A stretch of 64,000 bases of DNA from contig MDLE01000007.1 of NCBI GenBank assembly GCA_001730065.1, positions 4,435 through 68,434 on the forward strand, in the 5' to 3' direction. Numbering within the stretch: the stretch's first letter is position 1; each line of letters starts with the position of its first letter. Both the position numbers and the translations under genes were made by a program. This DNA comes from Rickettsiales bacterium (ex Bugula neritina AB1). Lineage in GTDB: Bacteria > Pseudomonadota > Alphaproteobacteria > CAJXXZ01 > UBA1459. Below, in pieces: positions 9,320 through 19,285 of the stretch. Under the pieces are notes generated by a model. It saw only the letters and a program-made list of their open reading frames with translations. It made no database searches and was not told the origin of the DNA.

Positions 9320-11530
9320 ATGAAATTAACATTAAATTGGCTAAAAAGTCATTTTGTAAATGATTTTTTAAGTGCTAGTAATATTGTTAAATATTTAGAA
9401 CATTTAGGTATAGAAGTAGAATCTATAAAACAAATAGGTGGTAAAGGTTTCGTAGTTGCTAAAATTTTAACAATTACACCCCATAAAAATAGTGATCGGT
9501 TAAATATTTGTGAGGTGGAATATGAAATAGATAAAATAATAAAAAAAAAAGAAGTTATATGTGGTTCTCCTAATATTAAAGAGAATATGTATACAATACT
9601 TGCATTAGAAGAAACTATATTGCCATCAGGTATAAAAATTATTAAAAGAAATATTCGTGGTTTTATTAGTAGTGGTATGTTATGTTCTTGGGGAGAATTT
9701 GGATTAACTCATATAGATAAAAATGAAATTATTTTAGAAAAAAATTGTAATTTATTAGAATATTTAATAAAAGAAGACTATATAATAGATTTATCTATAA
9801 CTGCAAATAGAAATCATCTTCATTATATATCTGGCATAGCTAAAGAGATTTCTTACTTATCAGGAGAAAATTTAAATAATACACAAACTAATTCTAATCA
9901 TTCATTTAATTCAAATATAAATGTTAGTATTGATAAACAAGCAGTAGATAGTTTTGGTATTATAGAAATAAATAATTTTTCTATAAATGAAAATTATTAT
10001 GAAATTTTATCTTATCTTCAAAAAATTATTATTCCTAATACAATACCATTAATAAATATTTGTAATTTTATTACTTATGATGTAGGTATACCTCTACAAA
10101 TATATGATAAAAATAAAATTTCTAATAATTTATATGTAACATTTGCAAAAAATGGTGATGTTATGAAAGATTTCAAAGGAAACTCTTATGTTTTAAACAA
10201 AAAGGACATAATTGTAAAAGATGATATTAACATTTTATGTTTAGGAGGAATTGTAAGTGGTGATATTGCAAAGTGTGAAAAAAATACATCTTCTGTTATT
10301 ATTGAAATAGCTTTGTTTAACAAAAAATATTTAATTAATACCGCTAATAATTTAGAAGTTTTTACGGATAGTTATCAACGTTTTTTAAGAGATATATATC
10401 CTATAAATTATCATATAGCTCTTCAAAAATTATTAATTTTTTTAAAAGGTAATTTCAGTAATGTTAAATATTTTGGAAATAATAATTTATTAGAAGAAAA
10501 ACAAATATTTTTATCTTATGAAGTATTTTATAAAACTACTGGTATATCTATGAGTTTAAAAAAAATGAATAACTACTTAATAGATAATGGTTATGAATCT
10601 GAAATAATAAATAAAAATTTTAATGATAAAAATTTAAATAATGAAATGGGTTTAAAAATTACTACCCACAAACACCATATTAATTATGATAAAGATATAG
10701 TAGAAGAAATTCTTCGTATTTCTCAAGTAACAATAGAAAAGAATTTGTTTTCTTTTGTAAAAGATAAAGATAGTAATGAATACTTATCTAATATTCATAA
10801 TATAAAAAATATATTTGTTATGAATAATTTTTTAGAATTAATGAATTATTCTTTTGATACCCTAGGAGAATTAGAACTTAAAAATCCTATTTTTAAAGAA
10901 AAAAAATTTTTTAAAAATTCTTTAATTAATAATGTAGAAGAAAATATTAAAAATATTTTACAAAATCGTTTTGATATTTATAAAATTTTTGAGGTTGCTT
11001 ATGTAATTAAAGATAATAAAGAAATTATGAATTTATGTTTTTGTGTAAGAAAAAATCATAGTCACTGGTATTATAAAAATACTCCTATTTTAATAGATAT
11101 ATATAATATTTTGAATATATTAAAGGAAAAATTACAGATTAATATTACAATTAAAGATAATTATATATGTAACAGTGATAATATAATAGGTTATATAAAA
11201 GAAGAAGAAGAATATACTATTGTAGAGATTAATGATATATTAACACACAAAGAAAAAGAATTTTATCCACAAATGAGTTATAGAAATTTACATATTGTAG
11301 AAAGAGATATATCATTTATAACAGATTTATCTTATGAGATTATTGAGAATAATCTTAATCAAATTAATAATATAATTGTTACTCTAAAAGATATATATGA
11401 AAATAAAAATTCTTTATTAATAAATATAAAATATCTTATACCATCCAATAATCAATTAGAAAAAAATATAGAAAATATTACTAAAAAAATTTATAAAATT
11501 TTAAAAAATTTAGATGTAAAACTAAGATAA
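9320..11530 (+). CDS. pheT: Phenylalanyl-tRNA synthetase beta subunit
   Basis: Typical N-terminus MKLTLNWLKSHF, a tRNA-binding domain (VVAKILTITPHKNSDRLNICEV), and B3/4 and B5 regions; 736 aa. Confidence 0.9.
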   Translation: MKLTLNWLKSHFVNDFLSASNIVKYLEHLGIEVESIKQIGGKGFVVAKILTITPHKNSDRLNICEVEYEIDKIIKKKEVICGSPNIKENMYTILALEETILPSGIKIIKRNIRGFISSGMLCSWGEFGLTHIDKNEIILEKNCNLLEYLIKEDYIIDLSITANRNHLHYISGIAKEISYLSGENLNNTQTNSNHSFNSNINVSIDKQAVDSFGIIEINNFSINENYYEILSYLQKIIIPNTIPLINICNFITYDVGIPLQIYDKNKISNNLYVTFAKNGDVMKDFKGNSYVLNKKDIIVKDDINILCLGGIVSGDIAKCEKNTSSVIIEIALFNKKYLINTANNLEVFTDSYQRFLRDIYPINYHIALQKLLIFLKGNFSNVKYFGNNNLLEEKQIFLSYEVFYKTTGISMSLKKMNNYLIDNGYESEIINKNFNDKNLNNEMGLKITTHKHHINYDKDIVEEILRISQVTIEKNLFSFVKDKDSNEYLSNIHNIKNIFVMNNFLELMNYSFDTLGELELKNPIFKEKKFFKNSLINNVEENIKNILQNRFDIYKIFEVAYVIKDNKEIMNLCFCVRKNHSHWYYKNTPILIDIYNILNILKEKLQINITIKDNYICNSDNIIGYIKEEEEYTIVEINDILTHKEKEFYPQMSYRNLHIVERDISFITDLSYEIIENNLNQINNIIVTLKDIYENKNSLLINIKYLIPSNNQLEKNIENITKKIYKILKNLDVKLR

Positions 11531-11587
11531 TACACAACATACTTATATGTAACTTTTTTTTAACTTTTAATATATATATATTTAATT

Positions 11588-12688
11588 ATGATAAAAGATA
11601 TAAAAAATTTTAAGTATTTATTTTTACTATTTTTATTACTTAATAATCCCTCTGAAACTATGTTCAAAAATTTATTCCAAGGAGGAAGTGATATAAGACA
11701 CAACAATGGTGTTACAAGTTTACCTAAAGAAACAAAAAAAAACCAAAATAACACTCCCCCTAAAAATCCAAAAAAACTATCACAAAAAGTACCTGAAACA
11801 AAAGAATCTAAAAAAGAAGTTGAAATGGAAAAACCTCAATCTAGAATAAAAAAATATATTTATAGTTTAAAAAAATCAAGTGTGATTGACACAATTGCCG
11901 ATCGTATTCATAAAAAAAACCCCCAAACCTTAGAAATAACAGTAAATAATTTAGGAATTCCAGAAATAAAAAATTGTAGAACATTTTATGATGATAATAG
12001 TGTATTGAATATAATAATAGATAATAATAAATTTAAAATTCAAGGAGTTGAATTTTACAATAATTTGTGTAATAGTTTGGAAAAATATTTTAATTCTATA
12101 AAACAAGAATATAATTTTTGTAATATTATTGTTACAGGTGAACATACAGAATTAATAATTGAAAAAGTTAAACAAGTAGTATCAAAATCTTGTCCAAATT
12201 TTAAAACTTTTATTTTTAGAGAAAATAATCTTTATCCTTATTCTGATTCTGGTTCTGATTCTGAGAATGATCCTGATCCTATTAATTTTGCAAATGTAAA
12301 TAATCGTGTACCTAACAACGTATCATCGATGATGAAGAAGGAATATAATATTTATTTACAAAAGAAAAAAACAACACTACCTTTTTCTAAAGATGTAAGT
12401 TATGTTTTGAGTAATTTGTGTTTTAGTGTATTCCCATATAAATTGAATAACACTAACTTATCATTTGTTGTATTCACCAATAATAACACAAAAAAAGAAA
12501 AAAATAATGAAAGATTTAAAATAGAAAATATTTCACCGTTTGTAAGTACACAAAGAAATTATAATAAAATCGTATACACAGAAAATCAAGATAAGCCTCA
12601 AGATAAGCCTCAAGATAATCCTAAAGATAATAATAAATTATTATCTACTACACCAAATGATTGTGTAGATGTTGTAAATTATAATTAA
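11588..12688 (+). CDS. Hypothetical protein with signal-like N-terminus and acidic/proline short repeats
   Basis: Hydrophobic N-terminus (YLFLLFLLLNNPS), SDSGSDSENDPDP, and a C-terminal QDKPQDKPQDNPKDN repeat. No known domain recognised. Confidence 0.4.
   Translation: MIKDIKNFKYLFLLFLLLNNPSETMFKNLFQGGSDIRHNNGVTSLPKETKKNQNNTPPKNPKKLSQKVPETKESKKEVEMEKPQSRIKKYIYSLKKSSVIDTIADRIHKKNPQTLEITVNNLGIPEIKNCRTFYDDNSVLNIIIDNNKFKIQGVEFYNNLCNSLEKYFNSIKQEYNFCNIIVTGEHTELIIEKVKQVVSKSCPNFKTFIFRENNLYPYSDSGSDSENDPDPINFANVNNRVPNNVSSMMKKEYNIYLQKKKTTLPFSKDVSYVLSNLCFSVFPYKLNNTNLSFVVFTNNNTKKEKNNERFKIENISPFVSTQRNYNKIVYTENQDKPQDKPQDNPKDNNKLLSTTPNDCVDVVNYN
12587..12634 (+). repeat. In-frame 12-nt tandem repeat (caagataagcct x2, then degenerate copies) encoding QDKP units
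   Basis: Read directly: caagataagcct caagataagcct caagataatcct aaagataat. Confidence 0.8.
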
Positions 12689-12753
12689 ATATCAATAAGT
12701 AAATATTAAAATAAATGATAAATTAATATATTTGTGATAAAATCAAACAGATA

Positions 12754-14505
12754 ATGTTAAAAGTTGTAGAAAAAAAAACAGAAATACCACATCACAAAAA
12801 TTTTGTAGTATTTATTTTGCATTTTGTAAATAAATATTTATTAATAATAATATTTGTTTTAATAGCTAATTTATTAATTTATACACAAAATGTTATAAGT
12901 AATATAGTTTTTGATAATATTTTAAAAAACTTAAAAGATTTTTATAATTTAAAAATACAATTCAGTATATTAAAAGAAAGTTTAAATCAATTAGTAATTG
13001 TATGGGTTATATACGCTATCGCATATCGTATTATTTTTTTTGTATCTAGTTATTTATATGCTAATATGGAAAGAGAAATACGTTTATATATATTTAAAAC
13101 TATACAAAAATTTCACAGTATATATAATTTTTCTAGTACTCCAATTGAAGGACAAATAACAAATAGTATTGGTGAAATGGCGGATGGTGCAACAGAAATT
13201 ATTGAAAAAATTTTAAATAATTTCATACCTACTATTGGTTTATTAATTTTTACATCTATTGTAATCATTAAGCGTGTGTTCACAATAGGTTTATTGATTA
13301 CTATTTGGTACATTATACATATTATTTTTAATTTTTTTTTAATAAAAAAATCCTTATATTATTCTTCTAAATTACAAAAATACCAAAATATTTTAAATGG
13401 AGAATTAATGGATAGCTTATTACATATTAATACTACAAAGATTTTTGATCGTCTAAAGGAAGAGTATAGTTATATTTTAACACATCATAATAATGAGTAT
13501 AATGCTCATAAAAATATGTTGTATTTTACAGGTTTAATAAAAACATTATTAGATATTAATTTATTTGTATTTATGGGATTAATATTTTCTGTTTATATAC
13601 CAAAAATGTGTTTTTCAAAATTAATAAATGAATTTGATATAGTTTTTATTTTATTAAACATATACAATATTCTTACAAATACGTATCGTATGACAAATGA
13701 ATTAAAAAGTATTATTGAAGGATTTGGTCAGTGTTCTCAAAGTATGTTTTTATTACCTAAATATTATATAAACGATAGCGAAGATAAAAAAGATCAAGAA
13801 GTCTATATAGATAGTATAGAGTTTGTGAATGTTAATTTAAAAATGAACGGAAAAAAAATCCTAGATAATATTTCTTTTAAAATAGAAAAAAATGAAAAAC
13901 TTATATTTATTGGTAGTACAGGAAGTGGTAAAACTACTATTTTAAAATGTTTAATGGGTATTATTAATGATTATGAAGGAAATATTTTTATTAATAATAA
14001 TAATATTAAAAAAATTAAAAATCTTAAAGATTTTTTTGTATTTATAGATCAAAAAACAAGTATATTTTCTCGTACTATTCGTGAAAATATTTTATATGGA
14101 AAACCTAATGCTACGAACCAAGATATTATAGAAGCTTCCGCAAATGCAAATATTCATAATTTTATTAAATTATTACCTAAACAATATGAAACTATTATTA
14201 CTAATAAAAATTTATCAGGTGGACAAGTACAACGTATATGTTTAGCAAGAGGATTTATAAAAAATTCTCCTTGTATGTTAATGGATGAACCTACAAATGG
14301 TTTAGATGTAGAAAACCAAAAAATTCTTATTGATTATATTACTCATCAATCTGATAAATGTTGTATTTTTATTGAACATAATTTAAATTATTTACATATT
14401 TTTGATAAAATATTTGTTTTAAGAGAAGGAAAAATTGTTAATAAGGGTAATTATCAAGAAATTATTAATAATCCAGAATTAAAATATTTCTTTTCCTCTT
14501 TTTAA
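12754..14505 (+). CDS. ABC exporter, fused permease/ATPase half-transporter (MsbA-like architecture)
   Basis: N-terminal 6-TM region plus Walker A GSTGSGKTT, signature LSGGQVQRICLARG and Walker B MLMDEPTNGLD. Confidence 0.85.
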   Translation: MLKVVEKKTEIPHHKNFVVFILHFVNKYLLIIIFVLIANLLIYTQNVISNIVFDNILKNLKDFYNLKIQFSILKESLNQLVIVWVIYAIAYRIIFFVSSYLYANMEREIRLYIFKTIQKFHSIYNFSSTPIEGQITNSIGEMADGATEIIEKILNNFIPTIGLLIFTSIVIIKRVFTIGLLITIWYIIHIIFNFFLIKKSLYYSSKLQKYQNILNGELMDSLLHINTTKIFDRLKEEYSYILTHHNNEYNAHKNMLYFTGLIKTLLDINLFVFMGLIFSVYIPKMCFSKLINEFDIVFILLNIYNILTNTYRMTNELKSIIEGFGQCSQSMFLLPKYYINDSEDKKDQEVYIDSIEFVNVNLKMNGKKILDNISFKIEKNEKLIFIGSTGSGKTTILKCLMGIINDYEGNIFINNNNIKKIKNLKDFFVFIDQKTSIFSRTIRENILYGKPNATNQDIIEASANANIHNFIKLLPKQYETIITNKNLSGGQVQRICLARGFIKNSPCMLMDEPTNGLDVENQKILIDYITHQSDKCCIFIEHNLNYLHIFDKIFVLREGKIVNKGNYQEIINNPELKYFFSSF

Positions 14506-14518
14506 AATTTAAAATTAC

Positions 14519-14601
14519 TGCGAATAAGAGGACTTGAACCTCCACGATTTTAAAGTCACAGAACCCTAAATCCTGCGCGTCTACCATTCCGCCATATTCG
14601 C
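14519..14601 (-). tRNA. tRNA-Leu (anticodon UAG), type II with long variable arm
   Basis: The minus-strand sequence GCGAATATGGCGGAATGGTAGACGCGCAGGATTTAGGGTTCTGTGACTTTAAAATCGTGGAGGTTCAAGTCCTCTTATTCGCA folds into a cloverleaf. The acceptor stem is 7 bp (GCGAATA/TATTCGC), the anticodon loop is TTTAGGG and the T-loop is TTCAAGT. It is a local GC-rich island. Confidence 0.9.
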
Positions 14602-14627
14602 TGTTTAAAAAATTATAACACACCTAT

Positions 14628-15422
14628 TTAAATAAAAAAATATAAACAAGATAAAAAAATATACATCATATTTTCTTTATTCCATATCATCATAAAAATA
14701 AAATATAAATATATAATTTTAGAGGTGTTTTTTAATGACATATTACTATAACTGAAGAAAAAAATTATTTCTATTAATATAGAATTAATTCCAAAAATTA
14801 TCCAATAACAATTAAAACTTACTTCATGAAAATTACAAAAATAACCACAAAAAAAAAAGGAAGGTAGTAAATATAAACAAGAATGAAAAATTTTACTTCT
14901 TTTCATTAAAATATTATTAAAGGAAAACAATAAAATACTTGTGAATCCTAAAAAATAATTTGTAGGAAGAAATTTTATAAAAATATATAGGGTAATTAAT
15001 GAAGATTTTATAAATATTTTATGTTTTAAAGACTCTTGGAAGAATATTTTACCGAATAACATATCAAAAAATGGAATTGTATAGTAAAGAAAATTCATAA
15101 TTGTTACTCCATTTTTACGAATTTCAAAATGATTAAATACAAAACCACAGATTAATACTATACTTCTTAGAAGTTCAAAAAATATTTCTTTATAATTATT
15201 TTTATAAATAGATAATTCTTGATTTAAATTTTTTGGTTTTATTATAAGATAACTATATCTAAAAATTATCATAGATAAATACTTAATACCTACAATAGTA
15301 TATACATCTGTTTTTAAAGTTGTTACTATACTATCATTTATTAATCCAAGTAAAAAAGCAAAAAATAATAAATAATTCCATTTATTCTGTTGTATCCAAA
15401 TAGTTAAAGATTTTTTCCACAT
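14628..15422 (-). CDS. Multi-pass membrane protein, function unknown (possibly a DMT/EamA-type carrier)
   Basis: 264 aa and hydrophobic throughout (about 8-10 TM helices). It overlaps the murF 3' end by 41 nt, so the true start may lie downstream. Confidence 0.45.
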   Translation of the reverse strand: MWKKSLTIWIQQNKWNYLLFFAFLLGLINDSIVTTLKTDVYTIVGIKYLSMIIFRYSYLIIKPKNLNQELSIYKNNYKEIFFELLRSIVLICGFVFNHFEIRKNGVTIMNFLYYTIPFFDMLFGKIFFQESLKHKIFIKSSLITLYIFIKFLPTNYFLGFTSILLFSFNNILMKRSKIFHSCLYLLPSFFFCGYFCNFHEVSFNCYWIIFGINSILIEIIFFFSYSNMSLKNTSKIIYLYFIFMMIWNKENMMYIFLSCLYFFI

Positions 15423-16719
15423 ATCTTTCTAATTTTATAATACGATTACCTTGTACAAAAATATGTTGAATATTATTTTCTTTCAAAATATTTATTAAAT
15501 TAGGAATATTTTCGTGATCAATAAGTTTTTTAGTAGATATAAATTTATAAGAAGTATCTTTGAGAATTTGTATTATGTATAATAAATTTTCATTTTTTTC
15601 CACTAAAAATTTAAATAATTTTTGGTTTTCTATTTTTTTATCTTTGTTTAATTCTAATAAATCTGTTTTTATACATAAATATTTTACATTTAATGTATTC
15701 ATATATTTTATATTATTTATGAATGAAATAGGATTTGCATTATGTGTATACATATGAAAAATAAAATCATAATTTTTATTTTTATAATGAATAATATTAC
15801 CACGATTAATAAACACACATATATTTTCTATAGTAATTAAGGTTTTTTGAATATCTATATTCATATTTTTTAAAAGATTTAAAATTAATATAATATTTTC
15901 AATATTATAATTGCTTTTGTTAATTATTATTTTTTCATTACTAATATACAATATATACTTATCTTTTTGTTTTTGATAATTAATATCTATATATTTAATA
16001 TTTTTATATAGATTGTTTAGTTTATATTCATTTATATTTTTTTCATATTTTTTATTTATAAATAGATAGTTTTTTGTAAAAGATCCAATAGATAATTTTT
16101 CTTTATACACACCTTTTTCATTCTTCATGCCATCTAAATGAGATTTTCCAAGGCTTACAATAATACTCATATATAGATCTACTAAGGTACCTAAATATTT
16201 AATATGTCCTAATCCATCTGAAGATAACTCTAAAATACAATAATCACTATCACTGGAAGCTATTGAAAATAATAAGTGTCTTAAATAATGAGTAGTATTA
16301 TATTTAAAAGTATATGTAACCTTATAACCATAATCTTGTAAAATATTTGCAAGTAAATAAGTGGTAGATGTTTTCCCTGCTACCCCTGTAATTCCTATAA
16401 ATTTTCCTTTAAATTTTTGACTACCCCATCTAGCTAATAAATCAAAAGCTATAGAAGTATCTTCACATAATAGGATTTTTGCCTCTTTCGGTAGTACAAT
16501 TATTTTATGTAATAAAAATAACCTATAACCATTTTTATAAGCATCTTCTACAAATAAATGACCATCTGTATTTTTACCTTTTAAAGCTATAAATAAACCT
16601 TTTTTGATTTTTTTATTTGATATCCAACTTATATCTTTAAAACGGTCATTATTTTTAATATTAATAGTTTTTTTAATTTGAAATTTTAATATTTCTATAA
16701 TATCTAATACTTTATACAC
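15382..16719 (-). CDS. murF: UDP-MurNAc-tripeptide--D-Ala-D-Ala ligase
   Basis: Mur ligase P-loop GITGVAGKTSTTYLLANIL and a MurF-type N-terminal motif FIALKGKNTDGHLFVEDAYKNG. Confidence 0.85.
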   Translation of the reverse strand: MYKVLDIIEILKFQIKKTINIKNNDRFKDISWISNKKIKKGLFIALKGKNTDGHLFVEDAYKNGYRLFLLHKIIVLPKEAKILLCEDTSIAFDLLARWGSQKFKGKFIGITGVAGKTSTTYLLANILQDYGYKVTYTFKYNTTHYLRHLLFSIASSDSDYCILELSSDGLGHIKYLGTLVDLYMSIIVSLGKSHLDGMKNEKGVYKEKLSIGSFTKNYLFINKKYEKNINEYKLNNLYKNIKYIDINYQKQKDKYILYISNEKIIINKSNYNIENIILILNLLKNMNIDIQKTLITIENICVFINRGNIIHYKNKNYDFIFHMYTHNANPISFINNIKYMNTLNVKYLCIKTDLLELNKDKKIENQKLFKFLVEKNENLLYIIQILKDTSYKFISTKKLIDHENIPNLINILKENNIQHIFVQGNRIIKLERYVEKIFNYLDTTE

Positions 16720-16828
16720 TAATATTAATTTAAACTAAAAAAATCAAAATTACTATCGATGATTACAATATAGAGAATCATTATTTGATTTTAACAAAAT
16801 TTTAATACTTTAAAAATATATATGAAAT

Positions 16829-17821
16829 ATGAAATATTTTTTATTATTAATAATTTTTCATTTTGAATCCAAATCTATCACACCTCATGTGATTATAACT
16901 AATTTTTTCATCTATACACTCTTTAGTCCTATATTCTTCTTTAAAAAATGTTGTGGTAAAAAATATTCTATTAGTACCATCGAAAAAACAACACATGAAG
17001 AATATAATAATTTTTTTTATATGCCTTTAGAAAATATAACAAATATTAATCAAATTGTGAATAACAACTTAAATGAAGAAGACAAAACAGCATTTTTGAT
17101 GGAAGGTTTCTTATTAATTTTTACAAACTTATGTCTTTTAAAGAATTTATTAGTAATTGAAATCAATAAAAAATTAAAAAATAATGAAGATATAAATAAT
17201 CAGAATCATTTTAATGATCCGAATCATTTTAATAATCAGAATCATTTTAATAATCAGAATCATTTTAATAATCAGAATCATTTTAATAAAAGTGATATTT
17301 ATTATTCTAATAGAGAAGTACTAAATTTATGTAAAATTAATTCATATATTAAAGAACTTGCAAAAAAATGGAATGTTTTATTAGAAGAAGAAAATATAAT
17401 TAGTTCCACCAAAATGATAAAAAAAATAGATATATTAATTCAACATATATATGAATCTTACATAAAATATTTTAATACAGCTATTTTATTAACATTTATA
17501 ATTTTCGTGGCTATTTTTATTAGTTTTGAAATAAGTTTGATATACAATCAATATAATATAGATAAAACTATTTTAGTAATTGGAATTTTTATAATATTAT
17601 GGATAATATTAAATTGCTTTTTATGGCTTAACAATTTAAAAAAGAATGAATTAATTAATTATGTAAAAATAACAAAAAAATATGAAACCTATAAAGTTAA
17701 TGGAAGTAATGTAGATTTTACGAATGAGTATGTAATGAAAGATCCAGAAAGAAACGAAACCGACAACAAAACAGAAATGTTACCAAGTATTAACCCTTAT
17801 CCTTATGAGGATGATAGCTAA
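16829..17821 (+). CDS. Hypothetical membrane protein with NQNHFN hexapeptide repeats
   Basis: Signal-like N-terminus, a repeat block and two C-terminal TM helices (AILLTFIIFVAIFISF, ILVIGIFIILWIILNCFLW). No known domain. Confidence 0.4.
   Translation: MKYFLLLIIFHFESKSITPHVIITNFFIYTLFSPIFFFKKCCGKKYSISTIEKTTHEEYNNFFYMPLENITNINQIVNNNLNEEDKTAFLMEGFLLIFTNLCLLKNLLVIEINKKLKNNEDINNQNHFNDPNHFNNQNHFNNQNHFNNQNHFNKSDIYYSNREVLNLCKINSYIKELAKKWNVLLEEENIISSTKMIKKIDILIQHIYESYIKYFNTAILLTFIIFVAIFISFEISLIYNQYNIDKTILVIGIFIILWIILNCFLWLNNLKKNELINYVKITKKYETYKVNGSNVDFTNEYVMKDPERNETDNKTEMLPSINPYPYEDDS
17198..17287 (+). repeat. Five in-frame 18-nt tandem repeats (aatcagaatcattttaat), encoding NQNHFN / DPNHFN
   Basis: Read directly; copies 3-5 are identical and copy 2 differs (gatccg for aatcag). 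Confidence 0.9.
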
Positions 17822-17872
17822 TAATATTTTTTCAAATTTAAATAATTAAATAATATAATTATCTAAAATTTT

Positions 17873-18577
17873 ATGTATAATTTTAATATAAATTTTATGA
17901 ATAATAATAATAAAGAAAAAGGTCATCGTCAAAGAATATTTAATAAATTTTTTCATGGAGATGGAAAAAATCTTGATAAAGTAGACATAATAGAAATATT
18001 TTTATTTTTTTCTATACCAAGAAAAGATGTGAGAAAAATAGCTTATGAATTAATAAATAAATATGAATATATTTATAAAATTATTTCTTTACCAAAAGAA
18101 GAATTATTACAAATAATTGGTATTAATAATAATACATATATATTTTTTCGTATTATTTTAATAATAATTCAATATATGCATAAAGAACAAATAAATACAA
18201 GAGAAAAATTTTTTTCTATGGAACATGTAATTGAATATTGTAAATGGAAAATGTGTTTTTTAAATTATGAAGAAGTACGTATTTTATATTTTGATAATAA
18301 AAATAAACTTATAAAAGATGAAGTTATTCATAAAGGAACCACAAATTTTGTATATATTCATACAAAAGAAATCATCAAGAGAACTTTACAATTAGGTGCC
18401 TGTAGTTTAATTGTTTGTCATAACCATCCTAGTGGAGATTCCTCTCCTTCGCAAGAAGATATTAATAGTACTTTAGATTTAAAAAAAATTTGTGAATATT
18501 TACAAATTAATCTCATAGATCATATTATAATTGGTGGAAAATGTTTTTATTCTATGAAACAAAATAATTTATTATAA
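17873..18577 (+). CDS. radC: RadC-like JAB/MPN domain protein
   Basis: C-terminal motif LIVCHNHPSGDSSPSQEDI, typical of the RadC family. Confidence 0.85.
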   Translation: MYNFNINFMNNNNKEKGHRQRIFNKFFHGDGKNLDKVDIIEIFLFFSIPRKDVRKIAYELINKYEYIYKIISLPKEELLQIIGINNNTYIFFRIILIIIQYMHKEQINTREKFFSMEHVIEYCKWKMCFLNYEEVRILYFDNKNKLIKDEVIHKGTTNFVYIHTKEIIKRTLQLGACSLIVCHNHPSGDSSPSQEDINSTLDLKKICEYLQINLIDHIIIGGKCFYSMKQNNLL

Positions 18578-18606
18578 TAATGTTTAATGATATAATCAAA
18601 TAATAT

Positions 18607-19245
18607 ATGATCAATGGTGTATTTAAAAATAATCAATACGGATTTTTTACTAGTAATAGAGAAGATTTTATTAACCATTTACAAAATAAACATTTTATAT
18701 ATCAAAAACAAATACATAGTAATATTGTTAATTTTATACATAAATATAATAAAAATGATTTACCTATTATAGGAGATGGTTTACTAACAAATTGTAAAAA
18801 TCTACAATTATTAGTAAGTTTTGCGGATTGTTTACCATTAATAATTAATGGTAATAATATATGTGGAGTATTACATTTAGGGTGGAAATCTTTGTATCTT
18901 GGTTTATTAGAAAAAACTATTGATATATTAAAATCCTATAAAGAATATGATTGTCAGTTCATAATAGGACCTACTATTTTAGTGGATAACTTTCAAGTGT
19001 CTCAAGAATTTTTTGATTTATTTAAATCTCATGAAAATTTTGATATTTTCTATAAAAATGCCTTTAAAACAGAAATAGTATATAAATTTTCTCTTACAAA
19101 AGCTGTAAAAAATATTTTAAATTATTTTCAATATAAAAACATCATTGATACAAAAATTGATACATATACAAGTAATACTTGGTGTTCTTATCGACGTGAA
19201 AAAAATTCTTTCGATTTAAACTTTTGTTATGTCTTTAAAGAATAA
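18607..19245 (+). CDS. pgeF: YfiH/PgeF family (DUF152) purine nucleoside/peptidoglycan-editing enzyme
   Basis: Family pattern FADCLPL ... HLGWKS ... C-terminal TYTSNTWCSYRRE. Confidence 0.75.
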   Translation: MINGVFKNNQYGFFTSNREDFINHLQNKHFIYQKQIHSNIVNFIHKYNKNDLPIIGDGLLTNCKNLQLLVSFADCLPLIINGNNICGVLHLGWKSLYLGLLEKTIDILKSYKEYDCQFIIGPTILVDNFQVSQEFFDLFKSHENFDIFYKNAFKTEIVYKFSLTKAVKNILNYFQYKNIIDTKIDTYTSNTWCSYRREKNSFDLNFCYVFKE

Positions 19246-19285
19246 TATTGTAATTTTTATTTAATTAATATACAATTACTATAAA

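Noticed and set aside
11263-11271. Perfect DnaA-box-like nonamers TTATCCACA at 11263-11271 and again at 52693-52701, considered as a possible oriC signal.
   Set aside because: Both are single, isolated copies inside conserved coding sequences (pheT and rpoBC). They are not clustered in an intergenic AT-rich region next to dnaA or hemE.
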